The position numbers and the translations under genes are program-made. DNA of 64,000 nucleotides from an uncultured Gammaproteobacteria bacterium (GTDB taxonomy: Bacteria; Patescibacteriota; Patescibacteriia; UBA2591; UBA6264): positions 13,328-77,327 of the forward strand of contig CAZQVF010000005.1 of assembly GCA_964596735.1 (NCBI GenBank), written 5' to 3'. Of the stretch, positions 17,335 to 25,358 are shown one piece after another; the first letter of the stretch is position 1; each line of letters begins with the position of its first letter. Under the pieces are notes generated by a model. The model was not told the origin of the DNA and made no database searches. It was given only the letters and a program-made list of their open reading frames with translations.

Positions 17335-17410
17335 GAACCTGCTTCGCAGAACCTACCTGCCGGCAGGCAGGCCTTGAAATTAAATTCTATTGTATAAATA
17401 ATAATGTATT
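17333..17410 (+). repeat. conserved promoter-like element, copy 3, carrying a 20-nt GC-rich palindromic insertion
   Basis: ...CAGAACC[tacCTGCCGGCAGGcaggcc]TTGAAATTAAATTCTATTGTATAAA...ATTATAAA. The perfect 12-bp palindrome is at 17346-17357. Confidence 0.5.
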
Positions 17411-17464
17411 TTAATTATAAAGATTAGAAAAAGCTCGTCAAGTTATCTTATTTTGTAATAATAT

Positions 17465-18442
17465 TTATTCTACTAAACCTACTTTCTTTCTAAATTTATA
17501 CGTATTTCCGTGAATCAATAGTCCTTGATAAGAAATAACTGTCTGTCGTTTTGGATAATTCTTTAATCTTCTAATTATCTTTCGCTTTGTGGTTGTTCGA
17601 ATCTGTCGATAGCATGGAAAATGTATCCAGCCCAAAAAATCTAAACCCGAAGCATAAGTTCTAATACAAACCTTGTGTTGATGAAGTGTCAATTTAAGTT
17701 CTTTTTGTAAAAATTCAGTGATTCTTAACAATAAACCATTGAGATACTCTTTATTGTCCGATAAAATAACGAAATCGTCGCCATATCTAATATAATATTT
17801 CACTCGCAATTCCTGTTTTATATACATATCAAATTCGTGCATATAAACATTAACGAAAAGTTGGGAAGTGAGGTTGCCAAGGGGCAGACCTATCCCCAAA
17901 CGGCTGGAATAAAAACTAAAAACTACCCTTTCAATCAACCGAATAATTTGAGAATCGTTAATGTGTCTCTTTAATATTTTAATAAGGATTTGCTGATCAA
18001 TGTTAGCAAAAAATTTCTGAATATCGCATTTTAGAATATAACAAGTTTGAGAATTATTTTTTGATACCTTCTGGGCAAAATATCTGAATCTGTTCAAAGC
18101 GCGATGCACTCCCTTGTTTTCTCTACACGAATATACATCATAAATAAACTTTCTATCAAAATAAGGACACAGCTCCTTATAAATGAGATGATGTAATAAC
18201 CGATCACGCACCGTAGCTTTGTGAATATTTCTCGGCTTGGGGTCAGAAATATTAAAAGCCGAATATGGTCCGTGAATATAAGTAAAATTAACCAGAGACT
18301 TATAAAGATCTATTAAATTATCGGCCAGCTTTATTTGAAAAATCATCACATCTTTTTTATGTCTTTTACCACACAAAAAACGCTCCCAAGTCGCTAAGAG
18401 ATTTTCTATCTTAATAATATCAATATATTTAACTTTAAACAT
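17465..18442 (-). CDS. DGR reverse transcriptase
   Basis: RT motifs: IENLLATWERFLCGKRHKKDV N-terminus, LPLGNLTSQLFVNVYM (DGR-specific SQ motif), YIRYGDDFVIL (YxDD). ORF track starts at 18511; start at MFKVKY (18442) abuts the divergent avd ATG (CATATG). Confidence 0.9.
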   Translation of the reverse strand: MFKVKYIDIIKIENLLATWERFLCGKRHKKDVMIFQIKLADNLIDLYKSLVNFTYIHGPYSAFNISDPKPRNIHKATVRDRLLHHLIYKELCPYFDRKFIYDVYSCRENKGVHRALNRFRYFAQKVSKNNSQTCYILKCDIQKFFANIDQQILIKILKRHINDSQIIRLIERVVFSFYSSRLGIGLPLGNLTSQLFVNVYMHEFDMYIKQELRVKYYIRYGDDFVILSDNKEYLNGLLLRITEFLQKELKLTLHQHKVCIRTYASGLDFLGWIHFPCYRQIRTTTKRKIIRRLKNYPKRQTVISYQGLLIHGNTYKFRKKVGLVE

Positions 18443-18820
18443 ATGACTACAATATCTGCGCGAGTACCATTGGTGCTTGTTAGAACAAAAAGGGCTTATC
18501 AAATTTGGCACAAAAATTTAGTCAATCTTAATCGACTTGATCGCTATACTATTGGTGCTAAAATCGATGAATATTTTCTATCTTTATTGGAATTAATTTT
18601 TAAGGCCTGTTTTGCTTACGATAAATTTGAAAAACTCTCAATGGTATCACAAGCGATTGGTAAAAACGATTTATTAAAATTCTTTTTACAGATTGGTTGG
18701 GAACAAAAAACCATTAACCATAAAAATTATGGTCTTCTAATACTTTTACTTGATGAAGTTGGTCGAATGCTGGGTGGCTGGAAAAAAAATATACAAGAAA
18801 AAACTCCCGCTAGTAAGTAG
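18443..18820 (+). CDS. avd: Avd-like accessory variability determinant (four-helix-bundle / IVS family), divergent from RT
   Basis: 125 aa, basic. C-terminus LLDEVGRMLGGWKKN resembles the Bordetella phage Avd C-terminus (AEVGRILGSWI), with the helical pattern of the 23S-IVS family. Confidence 0.6.
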   Translation: MTTISARVPLVLVRTKRAYQIWHKNLVNLNRLDRYTIGAKIDEYFLSLLELIFKACFAYDKFEKLSMVSQAIGKNDLLKFFLQIGWEQKTINHKNYGLLILLLDEVGRMLGGWKKNIQEKTPASK

Positions 18821-18840
18821 CAGGAGAAAAAATTAAATAA

Positions 18841-18960
18841 GTCACAGAAGCAGAGCAGGCAGTCGTTATCATCCCAAGCGTTCTCAAAGTTGCCGAGGTT
18901 GAAATTAAAGTCATCATCCGAGTTGCGGTTGACATTCGGCACGCGGTAGTTGCCGTCAGA
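18841..18960 (-). repeat. DGR template repeat (TR)
   Basis: Minus-strand sense translates ...SDGNYRVPNVNRNSDDDFNFNLGNFENAWDDNDCLLCFCD, rich in AAC/AAT codons. Not part of a real gene. The GC-rich end CGACTGCCTGCTCTGCTTCTG is shared with the VR (IMH-like), with one non-A mismatch. Confidence 0.85.
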
Positions 18961-19194
18961 CAATGTACAGCCCGCCACCTTTTTCACTAAGGGTAACGCC
19001 AGTCGCCCTCTGTATTTTATTCTGAGCCAAAATGCTCAATAGCACGCTGCACCGACTGATTTAATTTTTTCATAAAAGGTTGCACTCATTTACTAAGCAT
19101 GCCCAGTAAATTCCTGGCAAACTCCCTTTACGAGAATTCGATGATATAAAGCCATGGCCACATATCCAATCTATTATCCAAAAATATTATACAG

Positions 19195-19238
19195 AAAAAA
19201 TACATAAAAGAAAAGGGTCCTTACATTGGTAAGAACCC
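19195..19238 (-). terminator. hairpin + U-tract downstream of the DGR target gene (terminator; possible DGR homing hairpin)
   Basis: Minus sense GGGUUCUUAC-CAAU-GUAAGGACCC forms a 10-bp stem with one G-U, followed by UUUUCUUUUAUGUAUUUUUU. Confidence 0.55.
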
Positions 19239-19289
19239 AAAGGGTCAAAAAATCCAAAGAACAGGACTAAGAAACCAAGTGCCTAAGCA

Positions 19290-19997
19290 CTAATCGCAGT
19301 CGCAGAAGCAGAGCAGGCAGTCGCTATCATCCCAAGCGTCCTCAAAGGGGCCGAGGAAGAAAATAAAGTCACCAACCGAGTAGCGGTCGACAGACGGCAC
19401 GCGGTAGCTGCCGTCAGAATCGATCCAGAGAGCCTCTTTCTCATCAAACGAGACAGACCAACGGCTCTTTGGCAACTTGTTTTTGGCAAGTTCATAGACC
19501 AGTGAAGCGCCTTGAGCGCCGGCTAAAACAGCTTTCTGAGAATACAGGAAATTTAAACAGTCTTCCGAAGTCACAGTTTCTGTGATATTAAAAACCTTTA
19601 CCTTGAACTTTCTGCCAGGCACGAGCTTTGTTGTCGCTTTGTTAAAGTGCTTATCAGTGATGTCGGAATTGTAGTAATTAAATTCCGAGCCATGCGCTGC
19701 TGCAAAGTCAGTCAAGCGCGTAGCATGGTCGTAACCCTTAGGCACAACAATGTTAAACGCATTGGCCAATTTGAAGCGCGGGTCAGGCATAAACGGTGAA
19801 AGAGCTTGCTGACGTTGTTTCTGTGTCAGATTTAAAAAACATTCATATTCTGGCAAACTCATTTGCCCTTTCTTGATCTTCTGATTGCAATCCATATGCA
19901 GACCAGCCAATTTGGCCGCTTCTGCGCCGATAGATGTCTTATCCATCATTTTCTCCTTTGATACCAAGAGTTTAATAATTGACCCCATGCCAATCAT
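19290..19997 (-). CDS. DGR target protein with C-terminal variable region
   Basis: C-terminal 40 aa (GSYRVPSVDRYSVGDFIFFLGPFEDAWDDSDCLLCFCD) are encoded by the VR. N-terminal portion has no recognised domain; start codon uncertain (several in-frame Met). Confidence 0.75.
   Translation of the reverse strand: MIGMGSIIKLLVSKEKMMDKTSIGAEAAKLAGLHMDCNQKIKKGQMSLPEYECFLNLTQKQRQQALSPFMPDPRFKLANAFNIVVPKGYDHATRLTDFAAAHGSEFNYYNSDITDKHFNKATTKLVPGRKFKVKVFNITETVTSEDCLNFLYSQKAVLAGAQGASLVYELAKNKLPKSRWSVSFDEKEALWIDSDGSYRVPSVDRYSVGDFIFFLGPFEDAWDDSDCLLCFCDCD
19299..19418 (-). repeat. DGR variable repeat (VR) at the 3' end of the target gene
   Basis: Differences from the TR occur only where the TR has A on the sense strand (AAC to AGC, GAC, TAC, TTC, CCC; GAT to GTT, GGT). 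Confidence 0.85.
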
Positions 19998-20095
19998 TTT
20001 CTCAGTATTGATAATATTATGTCATATTTTAGCCTTTTTGTCAACACTCCTATTCCAAAAGACTTAAAATTTATATTAATCTAAAATAAAAACAC

Positions 20096-20125
20096 CGCCG
20101 AGGAGAATCGAACTCCTGAGACGGA
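20096..20125 (-). pseudogene. tRNA 3'-half fragment (canonical T-arm + acceptor 3' strand, no 5' half)
   Basis: Minus sense AGGAG-TTCGATT-CTCCT then CGGCGGTG; no matching 5' acceptor strand within 80 nt. The 14-nt core CCGAGGAGAAT(C/T)GA is directly repeated at 20181-20194. Confidence 0.4.
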
Positions 20126-20201
20126 TTTGCCTTTAGCGGAAAACCTGGCGTCCTACAATGCTTAATAAATTAAAATGGCCCCGAGGAGAATTGAGTGAAA
20201 A

Positions 20202-20890
20202 TTATTTTAATCCACTTTGTAATTTTAACGCGTCAATCCATCCTTTAATTCGAAAAGCTATCTTACGACCATGTACACGTAAATCAAGTGTGCCATATGG
20301 CAAAGAATTGATTGGACGTTTTCTGTTGCTCGCTTTGCTTATTTGTTTAAAAATGCGAAAACGACTTTTAGGAATATTAGTTACTCTAGCCCAAAAATTA
20401 ATGGCAGATTGCTCGCTAATATTAGCATGTATTCTAACACATACTTTTAATTTCTCTTCAGGGACTTTAATAATTTCTCGTAAAAAGCGAAGAAACAACG
20501 CAATCATATAAGGATCAGCATTAACAAAATCAACTACATACCCTTTGTTTTTTTGAGCCTCAATTTTATATCCCTCTGCCCAATAAAGAGCATTTGCAAC
20601 TAATAATAACTCATATTTTGACAACGAATGAATTTCATTAAAAGTCTCCTTCTTTATTCTCTGATTTTCAATCCAAATAGCACGTGTCCGTTGCCGATTG
20701 TTTTCAAATAACCCATGTTCTCGAGCAATTCTCGTTTTTTTTTCTAAAAGCTTTTTTGCTGACTTTGTTAGTTTTAAGTCTCTAAACCAAACGCTAAGCG
20801 AGCCCTTGGAAACACTTAAAGTACGAGCTATTTCATTGTAACTTTTACCCTTTAACCGCAACCTGAGCGCTTTTTGATATTGTGGATGCA
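20202..20890 (-). CDS. hypothetical HTH-domain protein with LAGLIDADG-like motif (possible homing-endonuclease-like protein)
   Basis: HTH segment KGKSYNEIARTLSVSKGSLSVWF; motif LLLVANALYWAEGYKIEAQK...VDFVNADPYMIALFLRFL resembles degenerate LAGLIDADG. ORF track start (20954) overlaps tRNA-Glu, so ATG at 20890 (MHPQYQ) is used. Confidence 0.35.
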
Positions 20891-20908
20891 TAATAATTAA
20901 ATATATAA

Positions 20909-20980
20909 GTAGCGCCAAGGGGAATCGAACCCCTGTTACATGGTTGAAAACCATGTGTCCTGACCACTAGACGATGGCGC
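20909..20980 (-). tRNA. tRNA-Glu (UUC)
   Basis: GGCGCCA acceptor stem (G1-U72), anticodon stem CATGG/CCATG with loop TTTTCAA (anticodon TTC), T-arm GGGGTTCGATTCCCC. Confidence 0.85.
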
Positions 20981-21019
20981 CATTATTATTTAGCGCAATC
21001 TTAGCAAAATTAAACGAAT

Positions 21020-21047
21020 TTGTCAAAGAATTAATTTATGTTAAAAT
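21020..21047 (+). promoter_or_regulatory. sigma70-like promoter for tsaD (TTGTCA-N16-TAAAAT); -10 ends 6 nt before the ATG
   Basis: TTGTCA 21020-21025, TAAAAT 21042-21047, ATG at 21054. Identical geometry to the ruvA promoter. Confidence 0.45.
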
Positions 21048-21053
21048 AATCTT

Positions 21054-22112
21054 ATGCTTATCTTAGGTATTGAAACATCTTGTGATGAAACAGCGGCGGC
21101 TGTTTTAGAATATAAGCCCTTAAAAAAAGAAGGTCAGTTTAAAGTTATTTCCAATGTTATTTTTTCACAAATCTCAATTCATCGTCAATACGGAGGTATT
21201 ATTCCTGAGGTAGCCGCCAGGGCTCATATTGAAAATATTTTACCAGTGATTAAAAAATCTCTTAAAAATATAGATTATAGAAAAATCGATTTAATTGCTG
21301 TTACTCAAGGGCCGGGGCTAATCACATCGTTATTAGTTGGTTTAGAAACTGCTAAATCTTTATCCTATTCTTGGAAAAAACCATTAATGGGAATTAATCA
21401 TTTACAAGGTCATTTGGCGGCTAATTTTATTGAACATGAAACAAAGAATGTTTTTCCGGCAATTAGCTTAATTGTCTCTGGTGGACATACTGAACTTGGC
21501 TTAATGAGAAAGTCTGGTCATTATAAAAAAATTGGACAAACTAGGGATGATGCCGCTGGAGAATGTTTTGATAAAATCGCTAAATTATTAAAAATCGGCT
21601 ATCCTGGAGGTCCAGTTATCTCTAAAATGGCTGAAAAAATAAACAACAAATCAAATAATATCTGCTTTCCTCGCCCCATGATCAAAACAAATGATTTTGA
21701 TTTTAGTTTCTCGGGACTAAAAACAGCTGTACTTTATTTTGTTAAAAAGAATAGAAATAAACTAGAAAAGAAAAAATTTATTCAGAACATTTGTGCTGAA
21801 TCTCAACAAGCAATTATTGACGTTTTAATTCATAAAACAATTAAAGCAAGTAAAAAATATAAAGCCAAAGCTATTTTTCTAAGTGGTGGAGTGGCCGCCA
21901 ACCAAGAACTAAGAGAACAATTGAAGCTCCATGTTTGTAGATTGCCAAATAGTGTAAAATTCTTTGTTCCATCAAGAAATCTTTGCACTGATAATGCGGT
22001 AATGATTGCTGCAGCCGCCGCCCTCAAATTCAAAAACTTAATACCAATTCAAAGGAAGAAATTAAAAAATAATTGGCAAAAAATAAAAGTAGATCCTAAC
22101 TTAGAAACATGA
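21054..22112 (+). CDS. tsaD: tRNA N6-adenosine threonylcarbamoyltransferase
   Basis: MLILGIETSCDETAAAV...GPGLITSL...GINHLQGH Kae1/TsaD signature. Confidence 0.9.
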   Translation: MLILGIETSCDETAAAVLEYKPLKKEGQFKVISNVIFSQISIHRQYGGIIPEVAARAHIENILPVIKKSLKNIDYRKIDLIAVTQGPGLITSLLVGLETAKSLSYSWKKPLMGINHLQGHLAANFIEHETKNVFPAISLIVSGGHTELGLMRKSGHYKKIGQTRDDAAGECFDKIAKLLKIGYPGGPVISKMAEKINNKSNNICFPRPMIKTNDFDFSFSGLKTAVLYFVKKNRNKLEKKKFIQNICAESQQAIIDVLIHKTIKASKKYKAKAIFLSGGVAANQELREQLKLHVCRLPNSVKFFVPSRNLCTDNAVMIAAAAALKFKNLIPIQRKKLKNNWQKIKVDPNLET

Positions 22113-22534
22113 AAACAACTACCAAATCAGAAAAACAAACCCTTAATTTAGGTAAAAACTTTGTTTTAGAGCTTAAAGGAGGTGAAGTAATTGGTTTTAT
22201 TGGTGAATTAGGGGCCGGAAAGACTGTTTTTATCAAAGGACTGGCCCAGGGACTAAACATTAAAAACATAATTACCAGTCCTACTTTTGTTTTAATGAAA
22301 ATATATAAAGCAAAGGGGCCAATAAAAGATCTCTGTCATGTTGATGCCTATCGTTTAAAATCTGCTCAAGATCTAATTGACATTGGCATTAAAGACTATT
22401 TAAACAAAAAAGCCGCTGTTACGGTAATTGAATGGGCTGATCAAGTAAAAAATATTTTGCCAAAAAATAAAATTCTTGTTAAAATAAAAATTGGTAAAAA
22501 TCCGAACCAAAGAATTTTTGAAATTATTAAATAA
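22109..22534 (+). CDS. tsaE: tRNA t6A biosynthesis ATPase TsaE (YjeE)
   Basis: GELGAGKTVFIKGLAQGL P-loop; ~140 aa; overlaps the tsaD stop. Confidence 0.8.
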   Translation: MKTTTKSEKQTLNLGKNFVLELKGGEVIGFIGELGAGKTVFIKGLAQGLNIKNIITSPTFVLMKIYKAKGPIKDLCHVDAYRLKSAQDLIDIGIKDYLNKKAAVTVIEWADQVKNILPKNKILVKIKIGKNPNQRIFEIIK

Positions 22535-22535
22535 T

Positions 22536-24893
22536 ATGGGAAAAGCATACGAACCCAAAGAATATGAATCAAAAATATATCAACTCTGGGAAAAGAGCGA
22601 ATTTTTTAATCCTGATAAGCTGCCCGGTAAACCAAAAAAAACATACTCTATCTCTATCCCTCCACCAAATGTTACTGGATCTCTTCACCTTGGCCATGCT
22701 TTAAATAATACGATTCAGGATATTTTGACCAGATTTTATCGCATGAAGGGAAGAAAAACACTTTGGTTGCCTGGAACAGATCACGCTGGCATTGCGACAC
22801 AAAATGTTGTGGAAAAAGAATTAGCCAAACAAGGGTTAACTCGTCACCAATTAGGCAGAGAAAAATTTACTGAAAAGGCTTGGCAATGGAAAGCAAAATA
22901 TGGTGATTTAATTCTAGAACAATTAAAAAAACTTGGCTGCTCTTGTGATTGGTCTAGAACTCGCTTTACCTTAGACAAAGACTATGCAGAAGCGGTTTTA
23001 ACTGCTTTTATTAATTATCATAAAAAGGGATATATTTATCGCGGACCAAGAATTGTTAATTGGTGTCCGCGTTGCACCACAGCCATTTCTGATATTGAAA
23101 TAAAATATCAAGAAAAAAAAGGCAAACTCTGGTATTTAAAATATCCTTTTAAGGATAATCCTAATAAATTTATAGTTGTAGCAACTACTCGCCCAGAAAC
23201 TATGCTAGGAGACACAGCTGTGGCCGTAAGTCCTAAACGTGAAAAATATAAAAAGTTGATTGGAGAAAAACTAATCCTCCCCATTATGAACCGAGAAATT
23301 CCTTTGGTGTCTCACCATTTAGTTGATGCTGAGTTTGGTACAGGGGCGGTGAAAATTACTCCGGCTCATGATAAAACTGACTGGCAAATTGGTAAAGAAA
23401 ATAATTTGGAGGTGATAAACGTTATTGGGGCAGAGGGGAAAATGACCAAGGAAGCGGGAAAATATTCCGGTCTACCTGTTTTAGAAGCAAGAAAAAAGAT
23501 TATTGAAGAATTGGAAAAATTAAATCTCTTGGAAAAAATTGAAGACTATCAACATCAAATCTCTCTTTGTGATCGCTGTAGCACACCAGTTGAGCCTCAG
23601 ATTTCTACTCAGTGGTTTGTGGCTATGAAAAAATTAGCCAAACCAGCTATTAAAGTTGTAAAAAAATCAAAAATAAAAATTTCTCCTAAACGTTATAAAA
23701 AAGTGTATTTAGATTGGTTGGATAATATTGAAGATTGGTGTATCTCTCGTCAACTTTGGTGGGGCCATCGATTACCAGTTTGGTTTTGCCAAAAACAAAA
23801 AGATAAATATCTTGTCTCTATAAATCAACCTAAAAAATGTCCTTATTGTAATAAGTGTAAAATGGACCAATCTGAAGATGTGCTTGATACCTGGTTTTCT
23901 TCAGCCCTATGGCCGTTTGCTACTCTTGGCTGGCCTAAAAAAACAAAGGATTTAAAAGAATTTTACCCTACTTCTCTGCTTTCCACGGCTAGAGACATTC
24001 TTTATCTCTGGGTGGCTCGTATGGTTTTTTCTAGCTTAGAATTTTTAAAAAAAATACCGTTTGAACAAGTCTATATCCATTCCACCATTTTAACACTGGA
24101 GGGCCGACGCATGAGCAAATCATTAGGAACTGGTATTGACCCATTGGAGTTAATAAATAAATATGGAGCTGACGCAACCCGATTTGGTATAATTTACCAA
24201 ACAAATCGCGACCAACAAGCGATTCGTTTTGACGAAAGAGCTATCGTTGCCGCTCGTAATTTTATTAATAAACTTTGGAATATTAGTCGTTTTATTGCCA
24301 TACAAATTGAAACAGAGCCAGAAATAAAAATTAAAAATATTAAAACGCAAACTTTAGCTGATCAATGGATTGTTTCAGGGGTTAATAACTTAATTACTTC
24401 AGCGACAGAAAAAATTGAAAATTACGAATTTGGTGAAGCTAGTAAAGAAATTTATGATTTTATCTGGCATGATTTTGCTGATTGGTATTTAGAAATCTCA
24501 AAATTCCAAATAGCTGATTCTAGACTAAAAAAAGAGACTATTCGTAATTTAAAACTTGTTCTTTGTCTTTGTCTAAGACTGCTTCATCCTTTTACTCCTT
24601 TTGTTACGGAACAAATTTACCAACAACTTAATGCTTGTCCTGACTCCTCAGATTTATTAATGATTGCCTCTTGGCCAAGGGTAAAAAAGAATTTTATCAA
24701 CCCAAAAAGAGAAAAAGAATTTGCTAGCGTAAAAGAAATAGTTATGGAAATTAGGAATTGGAAAGTGGATAAAAAAATATCCCCAAAAGAAATAGTGGAT
24801 TATAAAATTAAGCCAGAAAACAAAAAAATCCCAGTTCAAAACGAACTTAAGGATTTAATTGAAAAATTAGGTAAAATAAAACTAGTTTTCTGA
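22536..24893 (+). CDS. valS: valyl-tRNA synthetase
   Basis: PPPNVTGSLHLGHA (HIGH region) and KMSKSLGTG (KMSKS); CP1 editing domain. ATG at 22536 (MGKAYEPKEY) is preferred over the track start at 22491, which overlaps tsaE. Confidence 0.9.
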   Translation: MGKAYEPKEYESKIYQLWEKSEFFNPDKLPGKPKKTYSISIPPPNVTGSLHLGHALNNTIQDILTRFYRMKGRKTLWLPGTDHAGIATQNVVEKELAKQGLTRHQLGREKFTEKAWQWKAKYGDLILEQLKKLGCSCDWSRTRFTLDKDYAEAVLTAFINYHKKGYIYRGPRIVNWCPRCTTAISDIEIKYQEKKGKLWYLKYPFKDNPNKFIVVATTRPETMLGDTAVAVSPKREKYKKLIGEKLILPIMNREIPLVSHHLVDAEFGTGAVKITPAHDKTDWQIGKENNLEVINVIGAEGKMTKEAGKYSGLPVLEARKKIIEELEKLNLLEKIEDYQHQISLCDRCSTPVEPQISTQWFVAMKKLAKPAIKVVKKSKIKISPKRYKKVYLDWLDNIEDWCISRQLWWGHRLPVWFCQKQKDKYLVSINQPKKCPYCNKCKMDQSEDVLDTWFSSALWPFATLGWPKKTKDLKEFYPTSLLSTARDILYLWVARMVFSSLEFLKKIPFEQVYIHSTILTLEGRRMSKSLGTGIDPLELINKYGADATRFGIIYQTNRDQQAIRFDERAIVAARNFINKLWNISRFIAIQIETEPEIKIKNIKTQTLADQWIVSGVNNLITSATEKIENYEFGEASKEIYDFIWHDFADWYLEISKFQIADSRLKKETIRNLKLVLCLCLRLLHPFTPFVTEQIYQQLNACPDSSDLLMIASWPRVKKNFINPKREKEFASVKEIVMEIRNWKVDKKISPKEIVDYKIKPENKKIPVQNELKDLIEKLGKIKLVF

Positions 24894-25328
24894 TTCTTTT
24901 GCTCTGTCTAAAATCCATTCTTCAAATTGGGATTCACTAGCAAAGCCATGATGCCAAGAAGTGTCTAAACCATAATTTATAAAAAGACGTGAAAGAATGT
25001 TCAAATCGTCAACGATAACATTCTTTTTACTTATCTTTGCTTGCATCCAGGTTTCTAATTCTTTTAGTCCATTTCTTCTTTCCTCTTGATTTTGAGAACT
25101 AGCCTCTTGAATTTTATTCCAGGCTCGGTAATAAGATCGCTCTATTTTAATATATTCTTGACAATACCGCTCTAATTCATTAACAAATTCCATAACTTGT
25201 TCCTTGTCTTCTGCCCTCGGAATGGTCTCAATGTTCTTTCTCAAGGAATTAAAACTAAACCGAGCTGCTTCAGTTTTTTGTTCTTCCGGTCTTAAAACCT
25301 CGCGTTTGTGTAAAAATTGATGTTCCAT
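24882..25328 (-). CDS. hypothetical protein
   Basis: 148 aa, charged, no motif recognised; last gene of the dnaA / ATP-cone nuclease / pilB string. Confidence 0.4.
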   Translation of the reverse strand: MEHQFLHKREVLRPEEQKTEAARFSFNSLRKNIETIPRAEDKEQVMEFVNELERYCQEYIKIERSYYRAWNKIQEASSQNQEERRNGLKELETWMQAKISKKNVIVDDLNILSRLFINYGLDTSWHHGFASESQFEEWILDRAKESEN

Positions 25329-25358
25329 ATAAATTTATTTTATTTTTATTAATATCTC

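Larger units (their letters stand above)
17465..19997 (-). mobile_element. diversity-generating retroelement (DGR) cassette: target gene with VR, TR, avd, RT
   Basis: A 120-nt repeat pair (18841-18960 vs 19299-19418) differs at ~16 positions, all at adenines of the TR sense (minus) strand. DGR-type RT and Avd-like gene are adjacent. Region is GC-richer than its flanks. Confidence 0.85.

Noticed and set aside
18727-18987. 86-aa minus-strand ORF overlapping the TR
   Set aside because: It is the in-frame translation of the DGR template repeat (Asn-rich because of AAC codons). It has no start context and overlaps avd; a repeat, not a gene.
19283-19495. 70-aa minus-strand ORF inside the target gene 3' region
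   Set aside because: Alternate frame of the GC-rich VR region with Ala/Ser/Thr-rich low-complexity translation; overlaps the real target ORF.
20096-20175. Full-length tRNA or intron-containing tRNA at the tRNA 3' fragment
   Set aside because: No sequence within 80 nt can pair with the CGGCGGT acceptor strand or form D/anticodon arms. The 5' exon space between the LAGLIDADG-like ORF and tRNA-Glu is only ~19 nt, so a split/intron tRNA could not be supported.
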